Assembly (NCBI GenBank): GCA_002104905.1
Contig: MCFE01000624.1
Location: 1-51,928, forward strand
Source: Basidiobolus meristosporus CBS 931.73
Taxonomy: Eukaryota; Fungi; Basidiobolomycota
Length of the DNA: 51,928 nt
Direction of reading: 5' to 3'
The position numbers and the translations under genes are program-made. How positions within the stretch are numbered: position 1 is the stretch's first letter; every line of letters begins with the position of its first letter. Positions 12,791 through 24,083 of the stretch are shown one piece after another. The notes below the pieces were generated by a model, which saw only the letters and a list, made by a program, of their open reading frames with translations, did not search any database and was not told the origin of the DNA.

Positions 12791-15700
12791 TGTTGTATGG
12801 AGGTGGAATCACTTGGGGTAGAAAGAGAGAGAAGAGGTTGGAGCGAGACGAGGACGGCGGCATATTCGAGGAAAGGACTCGGTTTTTATTCCCGGGTAGA
12901 AGAAAAATTCTGGGCATCGGAGCGGTGTAAACATCGAATTTGTCCATCAAACAGTTGTCTTGACTCATGCACCTTCAACGTAATCAACCGATTGGGCCGT
13001 GTTTAACCTTCACGGTATAAGATCAATCCATATATTGACCAAGCCTTGCTAGAGTAGCTGATGAATATATTGATCGACCCCATCTCTGGACCAATTAATG
13101 TGTACGGTGTCAGTTCCCAATTAGAAGCAGATTTCGAAATCACACATCAGCTACCCATTTCGTTGACGCTGTATGGAGCTAGAACCCAACCCGCAGGCTG
13201 TCTCGGTTTCCACCTCTTTCTGGATTGGGGGGGGGAGTTCAGCATGGATCCCACATTGACTCCGACCAAGCAGCCCGGCGAATTCTGGTCCTGCGCTACT
13301 TGGGCAAACCCAACCTTGAAGTGATGGCACTGTATGTCCGGCGCACTTGACGGTCACAGCCTGACCGAGCTTGGGCGACAACGGGGAAGTCGCTGTTCCA
13401 GGGCTCCCGATTACTGTCAAGCGCATGGCTCCATGTGAGGATCGATGTCTACTCGGTGATTTACAAGCCGCTTAAAATCACGAAGCCTGGGAACTTTAAG
13501 CTGTTTTCTTTCCATTTAAGGTAGATGGTTGGCGATGGTTTTCGAGCCGAAATAGCTTATGGGATTGAGTTGCGGGCGGCATACGTTGCATCCGGCCAGC
13601 CTCATGACACTCAAGTGGAAACCGAACTGGGTGAGGTTTGAGGCAGGTCAGCTCGCCAAACAATGTCAGCAAGCATTTTGATAAACACGTGCAATTGATG
13701 CCGACTGCAGATAACGTTTCAAATGGGAGTGTGTGCACAAAAGGCTAGGTTTCATTGCAGAGGGGCTTGGTGTCGGTTGGAGGTTGATCAGCCATCAGTG
13801 GCCTGACTTGGCAACTTAATTGAGGATCTACATCAGAGGTGCTGGAAGTGTATCTATTTGATGTGCGGACAGAGTTTGTGGTTGGAGTTTCATGGTGGTA
13901 ACCGGTGCTTCAGGCAGCCAGGCAGATGCTTTAGGCATCAGCAACGAAGATGATTCTGCCCTCCCCCCTCGGACTCATTACTACCAACTTAGCATCCGCT
14001 GTGTTATTCGGCACAGGATCGTCGAAGCCAACCTTCAGCGACCCATCTGCCAACTATATGGAGCGGAGTCAGAACCAGTACTTGGATCCTGACTTGGGTG
14101 TGCAATCTCTGCACATAAAATGGGGGATTTTCCCAATCCGGCTTCACACAACTGGCCCACTGCCAAGACCAGAATCGGCCACCTGTGAACATGATCACAC
14201 TGGTGGGGTAAGCCATGTAGAGATCGTGCACCGAACCAACCTGATGCCAGAGAATCGGCAGTAGCTGGGCCAGCAAGCCTCAGTGCATGCCACTTCACTA
14301 ACGATCACTTTCGAGCTCGGCATACCCTGTTTCCACAAGTTCCGCCGGTTCATTATTGACCACATCAAGCCACCTGGTGGAGCCGTCAAATCGTTTTGGC
14401 CCATATTCCAAGAATGCCGTCACTGGTCTCGAAAAGATTACTACTTACTGTGGTGTCCATTTCGAGAAAGGGTGGCTACGTTTCCACCATCCTGAGAAAG
14501 CCTAGGATTCCTTTGCGGATGTCTTTGGCGTAAATCGAAGGAGTAGCGCATCGGTGTCTCCGGCGCAGTTTCTTGGGCATGTTAAAGGACCTCATTAGCA
14601 GTCCCAGCTTTTCCTGTACTCGATGGTACCAGTGTAGGTGGCTCTGTGTCTGGACAGATCAAGGTGGGCTAAAGCGACCGTCCATTGGTTACGTTTCGGA
14701 ACCACTCGAAGGTGGTGTAACCAAACCCTATCCCAACCGAATACTGGTGTGTTGTTCGTAGTCACCAAATCTCCTTCCACTCGATGGTGGTGACCGCAGG
14801 TCATGTGATCGGGACTCGTCATAGTCATCATTCCCATGACGCCTATAAGCCATCACCAACACGATCCCTAGAAGAATCTGATAGGCTTCCAACAAAGTGT
14901 TTGCAGATTGGCCCCCAGTAGGTGAAGCTTACAAGGTGACACTCGAAGGCTACTCTGAAGCTTTCCCTAATCTTAGAGAGCTAAATGCTGGGTGGATGAG
15001 TGGGCTCACAGTGGTAGTGTGAGTGTTGGGGACTAGAGAAATGTCCCAATCACATAGCATATGAACAGTGGGCCAATCAAAAAGTTTATCTGAGAACCTC
15101 CAAAGCCCTATGGATAGTTGCTATTACCCACCCTTGATGATTTGACATTTATGCTAGATACTTTCTATGTTTCAATGCCTTGTTAATCCTATTGGTTGGA
15201 GGCTGACAGATTAGGATAAACTCAGGAGCCCACATGCAATGGGAAGCAGAAGACAAGCTGGCCTCTATGTAGGTGGATATGGGAGCATAGAAGCAGGCAC
15301 AAGTAGATCTCACTGGATCTTTATGAAACCAAAGGTGGCAATTCAAGTCTCATCTTATTTGAGCTTGTTGTATTTGGTTAGGAAATGATACATCCATGCT
15401 GTGATAAGAGCTGAGCAATATTGAATGAGCCTGCTCTTTCACCATTCCCTTAGTGTGGAGACTGACTCTGCATATTCCCCTAAAAGAAATCTCATACTTG
15501 GACTCATCTGATAATATGCTGGTGGTTTTGCTTCAAATATTAGGCTGCAATCCTTTGTGGAGGTGGTGAGTAGCTGATTGTCAAACTTACTATGAATGCT
15601 GGTAGGCCTAGTGTCCTCCTGGAGACTTTTTACTTCTCTGCCAAATGGCTATTACCAGAAATATTTAGAGTTGGAAGTTTGGAAAAACTTGGAATTCAAC

Positions 15701-16137
15701 TAATATTAGGATGGTACTATGCTGGCCCCATAGTTGATTTCTAGGGTTGTCAATGGCTAGTTGTTTGTAGAAGTCTACTAGTTCAGCCACTAATAACAAA
15801 GCTGTTTCATAGTATTATGTTGATATATATCAGGCTATCTATCTGTCCTCAAAACCCCTGTCACTGATATAGGTGCAAACTGTTGTAGGAGTTTGATGAT
15901 ATTAGAAGTGATTGGTAGCAGAAGTATATCATGGAATTCTCATTTAATGATTTATTGCATTTAAAATTGGTGTTGATACTTTAATATAATCATGCAGATT
16001 AAACATATAGAATATGTGTAGGAAGGTCCCAACAATATGTATACAAAGAATGTGGTAATTTAACAACTTTGTGAAATTTATGTTTTGGTTACCTGATGTT
16101 GTGGAGAAATGTTTGATAAGTGCATCTTAGCAAGGAT

Positions 16138-16840
16138 CTCTACAAGAAAAAATTCTGATGATCCCATTAAAAGATCATCACAAAATTAAGATCCCCTGAT
16201 TAAGAGGTATTGGTCCTGTCAGGACACTGTGGTAGGACCATCAAGATAAATGCCCCCAAGTTTCCACAAAAAATTTGGTCAAATGATTTTGTTAAAACTA
16301 TACAAAAGTGGCTTTTGATTGGTTCTCTGCTAATTTTCTCACTTTCTGATCCTGGACACTCTACCACCTCCTATGTTTGTGTGCATTGATTGGCTATTGC
16401 CTCTTTTTCACACTCCTTACTTCCTGACTCACCCATTGCTCTTACTTTTTATGCATACAAATTGGTTATATCTGTTGAAACTTCAGTTGTACCTCAGTTG
16501 CCAGTTATATTGACTTATACAAGTACCTATACCAAACACTAATGTTAAGCCCAACACCACACTCATCAAGTAACTCCATTAAATTCCACCATTCAATATG
16601 TATTTCTGCTATAATGCCCTTTTTTCATGACTTTGGCAGGAACCCTACAGCTTCATGCTACTGTTCATTTACTGGTTCCCATACATCCTGGTCTTCAGCT
16701 GGCACTGCAAGGCCTAGCACTTCATCTGCCAGTCTTTGCAATAGATACTCTTAATATTCAAGTGTATTTTCCTTTGCACTGCTCTTGAAGAAGTACTGCA
16801 ACCACTTGGTATGCCTATTAATGTTCCAACATGGCCTTTT
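16138..16840 (-). mobile_element. Truncated copy of a putative CACTA/CMC-like element end (terminus plus 3' part of cargo gene); inverted relative to 21000-21723
   Basis: Begins CTCTACAAGAAAA at 16138. Its reverse complement aligns over ~700 bp with 21000-21723, including the coding tail (AEDQDVWEPVNEQ; IEWW-LMELL-ECGVGLN). Confidence 0.55.
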
Positions 16841-17155
16841 GGGATGTAGCCCCACTTGTTGCACTGAATGTCAGAGCAAGCTGTGTTCTAACCATTCTTC
16901 TTCAGCTGTCAGCAGTGGGGTTTGGTTGGGAACCAGACAACTTTGCTTTATTTGAGGTGGCATGTGTATAGATGTAAGTCCATCCATATGGGGCATAGTG
17001 TTGCATATACATGTGTAAGTGATGCCACAGCTTCATTTATAATGCTTACCATGGTGGGTGATCATTGAATCTTACATTCATGCAGGTGCAATGTCTCAGA
17101 TAAAAGACTGTCTTATAATGCCATGTATATAAACAAAAAAGTGCTAAAATACCTT

Positions 17156-17724
17156 TGTAGTGGGGTCACAGTGGTACCCACTGACAGGTGGGCCTATTCC
17201 TTTATTTCCTACATCCCTAGTTCTCTACTACCTGTATTTTAGTTTGATCTCATTTGTCTGATCTGATCAGAACTATCCCATAAGCTGGCTAACTACAATA
17301 CCTGCTTATTTATTGCATAAGTCATTCCACATTTGATGTAAGATTACTAAATGTAAGTGCTTCTATATTAGACAAGTACCTGCACCAGGACCCATGACAT
17401 ATGATCAAACTGTGCCACCATCCCTACCAATATCATTCCATATATGGCATCCTAATGTTACACAGGTCTCAGAATACTGATCCCTGATTGGTTGGATGTG
17501 CTGTACCTCTTAGAGCCTTCTGTCATCTACTTGCAACATTCTTAGCTCATTCTGATGTCATTGGGATTTCTATTGATCTCCAGAACTCTCTGGAACACCA
17601 TGATTAGTAATCACTTAGCCAGTGAGAACAGTATATAAGGGAGGCAATCCTTCAGCAATAAACCATCCCTTTATCAATTTATCTACTTGTTGATTAGTGT
17701 GATCACTGCTACCTACTGTTACCA
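17156..17724 (+). repeat. Degenerate LTR-like repeat (copy 1)
   Basis: Starts TGTAGT and ends ...ACCA; contains TATATAA and AATAAA. Shares ordered blocks with 19256-19829 (ACCATCCCTACCA, TACACAGGT-TCAGA, GGTTGGATGTGC, TGATGTCAT, TTAGTAATCACTT, GATCACTGC). Confidence 0.55.
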
Positions 17725-19255
17725 GAACTTCCAACCCCAGACCACAGGACACTCCCAGGAAACCATGCTGACAGCCAACTGACCTTGGAGGCACTACTTG
17801 TGAGGAATAATCAGAGTTGGTATCTTTTATTATATTTCATTCCTTCCAAAGTTTGTTCTTGCACAGGCAAAGATACTTTTCTCTCTTTGTAACTATCAAC
17901 CACGTTTGCATTCTTATCAAGTCCCTACTGGTGGAGTTTACAGTTGTTTTGACTTTGGAAGCTTTAGTACATTGTCATCTCAAAGGAAGTTGAGCCCAGC
18001 ACATACTTTTGTTAAGTTGCCAACTAAGTTGGGGATTGTAGCTAAATAGTTCTCACTTGACAAGCTTGTGGCTTTATTCCCCTTTGTGCTAGAGTAGAGA
18101 CAGAACAAATATACTTGTAGCAAGCTTTTGCCTGAGGTTATTGCACCCAGTGAGCACCCCACTCACAAAACACTTGAGAAGTGTTGGATGTATCTCTCCA
18201 TTGGACTAATACACCACCATGCCATTATCTTATTGGGTGTCAAGCTGTTTGCCCCATGGACATTGTGGTTTATCACTGACTGTACTTAGTAGTTGGGAAC
18301 AAATGTAGGTCAAGTCACTACCACCTGGTTTGGAGTGGCTTCCAATAAAAGGTAGCAAGGTAATAAAGACTTGTGTTTATTACACTGAAATCTGACTCCC
18401 TCAACTTGACTCAATTGACTATATTTGTATCTCACTCACAGGGGCTTAGGTAATTGACAATGTGTTGTAAAATAGGCATGTGAACAAAATCCTGTTGTGG
18501 TAAGTATTCTAACTAGGTAAGGACTGGAGCAGGAGGAAGGACATGTGAGAGAATCATAGGGAGGATACTGGGGGACTTTGGGTAGGGCTTGGGGGGAACT
18601 TCTGGGGGAACTCTTGGACAAGTAGTGAGTACTATATTTAGTACTCACATATCCAGGGGTTAAGATGGAGCTTTGTCCCTTATGATCCATGACTAACTTG
18701 CTTTTCCAGGGTCACCTTTGTTTACAGTACATGGGGAGTTGTTATAGTACCATTATAGGTTGTCACTTGTAAGAGGATTGTGGGCATATGCTTGATGCTA
18801 TTTAGCAACAGAGTGGGGTGCAGCTTGGGTTGCTTAAGGGATGCTCTCCACAGAGCCAAACAATTGGCAAACTATAAGGTTTGGGGTGAGTTCATTGAGG
18901 TGATTGGAGAGCTAGAAGAGATGCAGTAACAAAATAAGGTCTTGCTTCATTATCTTGCAAGTATTTTAGGGGCTTGTCCTTGTGGTATTCAACTTGAGGG
19001 CAGGGGCTCTTTTGAAGAAGGCATATACTGGTTGGCAATACTCTGTTGTCAATAACAAGCTTTTGCTTCCTCAGAGACATAATGTAGTTCTTCTGTAGTG
19101 AATGTGGCACAATCAAGGTGTTTATGCACTTGCCTTATTGTTTCTATAGAGATGTGACAGTTTCTTCAGCTTCTTGGAGTTGGACTTTATAGTAGCTTCT
19201 GAGTTGCCCCATTGTGAGCCACTAAACAGATGGAATACTGCAACTTGGTGGATTG

Positions 19256-19829
19256 TGTTGTGGTAGGGTAAACATACCTCCCACAGACAGGTTTATCCAT
19301 AGAGGTATTATAATGCACTTATGATATTTTATCTTATCAGTACTATCCCATTCTTCTTTGCCCATAGTATTAGTATTATCTCCATATGATGTTACTTCTG
19401 ATTGGTTGTTAGCATTAGTTATCCCAGATGTTATTCAGCTTTGTGATCAGTATATGTGTTTACATTCACCAAGTACCTGTGTCAGTACCTGAGACACATG
19501 ACCTAAGTCTGTGTTACCATCCCTACCATTCCAATACCATATATAGAATCTCTATGCTACACAGGTTTCAGACTGCTGATCCTTGGTTGGTTGGATGTGC
19601 AGTGCCTTTAAGAACCTTCCAGGACCTTCTTGGCATTGTTTAGCTCATAGTGATGTCATCAAGAATTCCACTGATGCCTGGAATTTTCTAGAACCTTGTG
19701 GTTAGTAATCACTTGGCAATCAGGAAAAGTATTCACGGGAAGTCAATCCCTCATCAATAAATCATCACTTCTGTCAGTAACACTTCTCCCTTATTGATTA
19801 GCAGTTGATCACTGCACCTGCCTTCAACA
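19256..19829 (+). repeat. Degenerate LTR-like repeat (copy 2)
   Basis: TGTTG...CAACA termini; diverged direct repeat of 17156-17724. No matching TSD was found and no recognisable pol lies between the two copies. Confidence 0.55.
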
Positions 19830-20257
19830 GTACATCTCAGACCTACCATCAAGGAGCTTTTCAGGTTAGTACACAAGACACACAGAGGCCTTTGGAGACA
19901 CTTGGAGCACCTAGAAAGCTAGAGAAGCAGGAGCTTTTACCATAGTGACATATTGACAAAGACACCAGCAGTTTAGACACAGAGGTTATTGCACCTATCA
20001 GACACCTCACACACCTTGAGTTGTGTAGCATCTCCCAGGAGTACCTCTACATCACCACAATGCCATCACCTTAAGGCCGGCATACCATGGGACCATCAGG
20101 AACTCAAGGCCAAGCAGAATGCACTTGACTTGTTCCATGAGCATTATCCTGGATTCAAACGGGCAAATGGATTTTGGGCCAGCATTGGTATGCTAAGAAA
20201 GTATATCAAGAGTAGCAGAAACTATCAAAGGCAGAATAACAAAGGTGCCATGGCTAA

Positions 20258-20675
20258 AAACCAGCAGCTTCCTCAAGCGCCTGTTACAACAAGCCCAAAA
20301 GCTCCCAACAAGCGTCAAAGAGATGTCAGGCAGCTGGAAGAGTGCCAATTAGGGACAAGCAGGCAGACATGGATGCACCAGCACAACATTTATCAAGGAA
20401 AAAGCATAGTACCACTCAAGAAGCACCCAGTCAAAATAGCAGTGAAAGACCTGGCAGTGATAAAAACCAGCTGCTTTTACAGGAGCCCATCACAACTACA
20501 GTTAAGAGCTCAAAACAAGCTGAAAAGCAACATCAGGTTGCCAGAAGAGAGCCAGCAAGGGACAAGCAGGCCAAAACAAATGTGTTAGAGCAGAATTTAT
20601 CCAGGAGAAAACATAGTTCTTTATAAGAAGCACTCAGACAAAGTAGCAGTGAGAGACCTGGTAGTGAAAAAGGAA
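20258..20675 (+). repeat. Two diverged tandem units of ~207 bp (~69 codons)
   Basis: AACCAGC(A/T)GCTT at ~20258 and ~20465. Paired blocks AGGGACAAGCAGGC, ATTTATC(A/C)AGGA(A/G)AAA, CATAGT and AGCAGTGA(A/G)AGACCTGG(C/T)AGTGA. Confidence 0.75.
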
Positions 20676-20999
20676 AGGTAAAGGGAAAAATGTCTATCCA
20701 AGCCTGAGACAGAGAGGCATGCAAAAAAAACTGCAGTTCTTGCCAATCAACGCTGCAAGCCAGGAACAGACTGAAACTCATCATAGCCAAGAAGAATTAC
20801 CAACAAGAAAACAGCTGTTCTCACAAGAGTTGGAAGTGCAGCCAGTTGAGCTACACTCCAGCAAGGCAGATGAGTTTGCTGAAAAAGGCAATTTGTCTAC
20901 CACAGCATTCACAGCCTCCATTGTTGACAGAGTGGAGATCCCACTGACAGACAAGGCTACAATGTCATGTGCTGAAAAGACTATCACAATGCCTTCAGT

Positions 21000-21723
21000 G
21001 GAGTTTTGGAACATCAATAGGCACACTAAGAGGTTGCAGCACTTCTTTGAGAGCAGTGCTCAAGAAAATGCACAGGAATATTGCAAGGATTTATTGCCAA
21101 GACTGGTAGATGAGGAGCTAGACCTTGCTGTGCTGGCTGAAGACCAGGATGTGTGGGAACCAGTGAATGAACAGTGGCATAAAGCTGTTGGGTTCCCACC
21201 AAAGTTATCAAACCAGAGCGCTACAGCAGAAATACTTATTGAGTGGTGGATTTTAATGGAGTTACTTGCTGAGTGTGGGGTTGGGCTTAATATGAGTGTG
21301 GGGTTGGGCTTAATATTAGTGTAGGGTATAGGGACTTGTATAGGTCAATTCAATTGGCAATTGAGGGACAACTGAAGTTTCAACAGAAATAAATCAATTT
21401 ATACACATGAAAAGTAAGAGAAGCGGTTAAGTCAGGAAGTAAAGAGTGTCAAAAAGAGGCAATAGCCAATCAAACAGCACAAGTGTAGGAGGCAATAGAG
21501 TGTCTGGGATCAGAAAGTGAGCAAATTGGCAGGGAACTAATCAAAAGCCACTTATACATTGTTGTGATGAAAAATTTTGACCAAGTTATTTGTGAAATCT
21601 GGGGTACAATTATTTTTCAATGGTCTCTGGACAATGTCTTGACAAGATCAGTACCTCTTAGTCACGGGACTTTCACTTTGTGACAGTCTTTTGATGGGAT
21701 CATCTCAATAATTTTTCATAGGG
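21000..21723 (+). mobile_element. Second copy of the putative CACTA/CMC-like end (terminus TTTTTCATAGGG at 21712-21723)
   Basis: Inverted homologue of 16138-16840. The terminus (reverse complement CCCTATGAAAAA) abuts Copia gag sequence, which starts exactly at 21724. Confidence 0.55.
21271..21316 (+). repeat. Perfect 23-bp tandem duplication
   Basis: GAGTGTGGGGTTGGGCTTAATAT twice; only one unit is present in the inverted copy near 16540-16565. Confidence 0.9.
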
Positions 21724-24070
21724 TACCCTGCTTGTGGATGGGATGGAATCTCTGGGTGTATCAGCTACTGATGAGGATGTGATAGTAAACATTCTGAATA
21801 GCCTGAAAGACAAGTCTTATGGCCTTGTATCTGCCCTAGAGTCCATAACTGAAGATTTGACCTTAATTTACGTATATAGATAGCACCTGGATGAAGAATT
21901 AAGAAAATCTAGCACCAAGATGAAGGAAGAAGCAAATGCATTAATAAGCAATGATAACCAACAAAGGAGATGCCTAAGAGCACTTGAAGGCAATAGAAAC
22001 TTGTCTTGCATCTACTGTAATAGCAAAGGACACACATCTAACCAGTGCCTGAAAAAGAGAGATGGTCAGCAGAATAAGCCTGAATATAGAAATGCTTCAA
22101 CAACTGAAGATATACTATTCACATCTGCGCTTAATATGAATACAAACAAGGATTCTCAGATGTGGCATACTGACTCTTGAGCTTCTCATAACTTTACCAA
22201 CCAAAAAGAGCTTTTTACCCAATATCAAGAAACTCCAGTTAAAAAGGCTTTCATGGGCAACATCAGAACACTGGATTCAGTGGGAGAAGGAACTACTCAA
22301 GTAAGCCTTAGAAGCAGTGAAGGAAGCCATACACAGACATTTAAAGAATTACTATATGTACTAGAAATAGCCAAGAACCTACTATCTGTAAGCAAGGCCA
22401 CTGCAGAAGGACTCAGTTTTGACTTTGACAATTCTGATTGCAGGATCACTGATCAAAATGGTGCTCATATTGCTTTGGGTATCAGAGGTCAGAATCTGTA
22501 TAAGTTGACTTATATTCCATTATATCTCAAAGCCAGTATAAGTAACTTAAATGAAAAAACAGCAATGCTTTTGCACTGAAGATTTTGACACATCAATTTT
22601 GATTATTTGCGCAAAATGATCAAAGATCAGCTAATTTCTGCAGTAAGATCAATTCCTCTGCTAATTTGGAGCATTGTAAAGCCTGCACATATGAGAAATA
22701 AGCCAGACAACAGTCCAAGAGCTTAGGGTTAAACAATGTTAAGAAAAATTAGATCTAATTCACTCAGATCTGAGTGGACCTAAACAAAATTTATCCTTAA
22801 GTGGGATGAAGTATTAAATCACTTTTATTGACAACTGTACAAGATACCCATGGGTGTACTTCACAGAGAGAATAAAAGATGCTCTGGTTAAGCTCAGGGA
22901 GCTTAAAGCCATGGTGGAGAGAGAAACTGAGGATAAATCAAGGAAATATGCTTTGACAATGCTGGTAAATGTTCCTCAGAACTCTTCATCCGCTTCTGCA
23001 AAATTCATGGGACAAAGCAAGAGACTGCTGTACCATACTCCCCACAGCAAATGGAGTAGTAGAATGTGCAAACAGATCACTGATGGCAAGATCTATGATC
23101 CCTGATTGAAAATTATCCTGCAATATTGGGTAGAATTAGTTGCCACAGCTATACACCTTAGGAATAGGAGTTATAACAAAATACTTTGTGATTCCACTCC
23201 ATTTGAAGCATGGTATGGATAAAGATCAAGCACAGAACATCTAAGAATATCTGGGTGTACAGCATATGCCAAGAAACTGTCTGGAAATTAGTCAAAGTCT
23301 GAGCCAAAAAGTGTAAAATGCATATTTTTGGGCTACTGCAATGAGAGTAAAGCATACAGACTCAACAATACCAAAGCAAAGTAGCTGCTCAAGTTCAGGG
23401 ATGTGCTGTTTGATGAAAATTCAAAATTTTCACAAATAACAACATTAGATGATGACAAAAATCTGATCTCAAGTCCACCACTTGCCTGGATTGAGTCAGA
23501 GCAAAACAATAGATGTTTTTCACTCCAGAGGACTCTACAACTGTGGTTCAGCCTGAATCAGTGTCCAGAAATGTTCCAAAATTGATCATTCCAGTATCAA
23601 ATGCCCAGAGTTCCAACAGGACAAGAAATAGCCCAATTTACTCTATCAATGAGGGAACAAACTTAGCCTATGCCGATTCAGTCCATATTGATGGGCCCCA
23701 GACTGTAAAAGAGGCCTTGAATATGTTTTAAAATTTGTATTTCCACCTAAATATTCACCTAACTTAGTCACTTAGATCATCACCTTCAAATCCTAGAGAA
23801 TACTGACCAAATTCCTTGTCGGGATTTACTTAGAATATTTTCACCAAAATACCAGGTACCAAGAACATGAAAATTCTCAAAGTTGTCCAAACAGCCCCAA
23901 ACTTTGCACACATGTTCTTGGGACCTTCCTTAACCTATTCTATGTGTTTGTAATGCCAAGACCAGGTTAAAGTATAAATACCACTTTACATTCAATAAAT
24001 CATTAAGTGAAAACCACATAATCTACTTGTTCTCCAAATCACTTCCAATATCTCCAAGACTCTTACAACA

Positions 24071-24083
24071 GGTTATGAGCCCC
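24071..24083 (+). promoter_or_regulatory. Primer-binding site of half-tRNA-iMet type (also at 32209-32221; GGTTATGGGCCCC at 29492-29504)
   Basis: GGTTATGAGCCCC lies directly after the LTR's CA and is complementary to the iMet anticodon stem-loop (CAU), as in Ty5 and Drosophila copia. Confidence 0.9.

Larger units (their letters stand above)
19989..21324 (+). pseudogene. Disrupted TE-cargo gene with an internal ~69-aa tandem repeat
   Basis: ORFs 19989-20588, 20342-20626 and 20719-21324 join through a 1-nt frameshift near 20317 and a stop at 20624-20626. N-terminal block WDHQELKAKQNALDLFHEHYPGFKRANGFWASIGMLRKYIKSSRNY. The gene reads toward the terminus at 21723. Confidence 0.55.

Noticed and set aside
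13892-14900. Overlapping ORFs that might be a Gypsy gag or other TE gene
   Set aside because: No CCHC knuckle, protease, RT or transposase motif could be read in any of the six frames.
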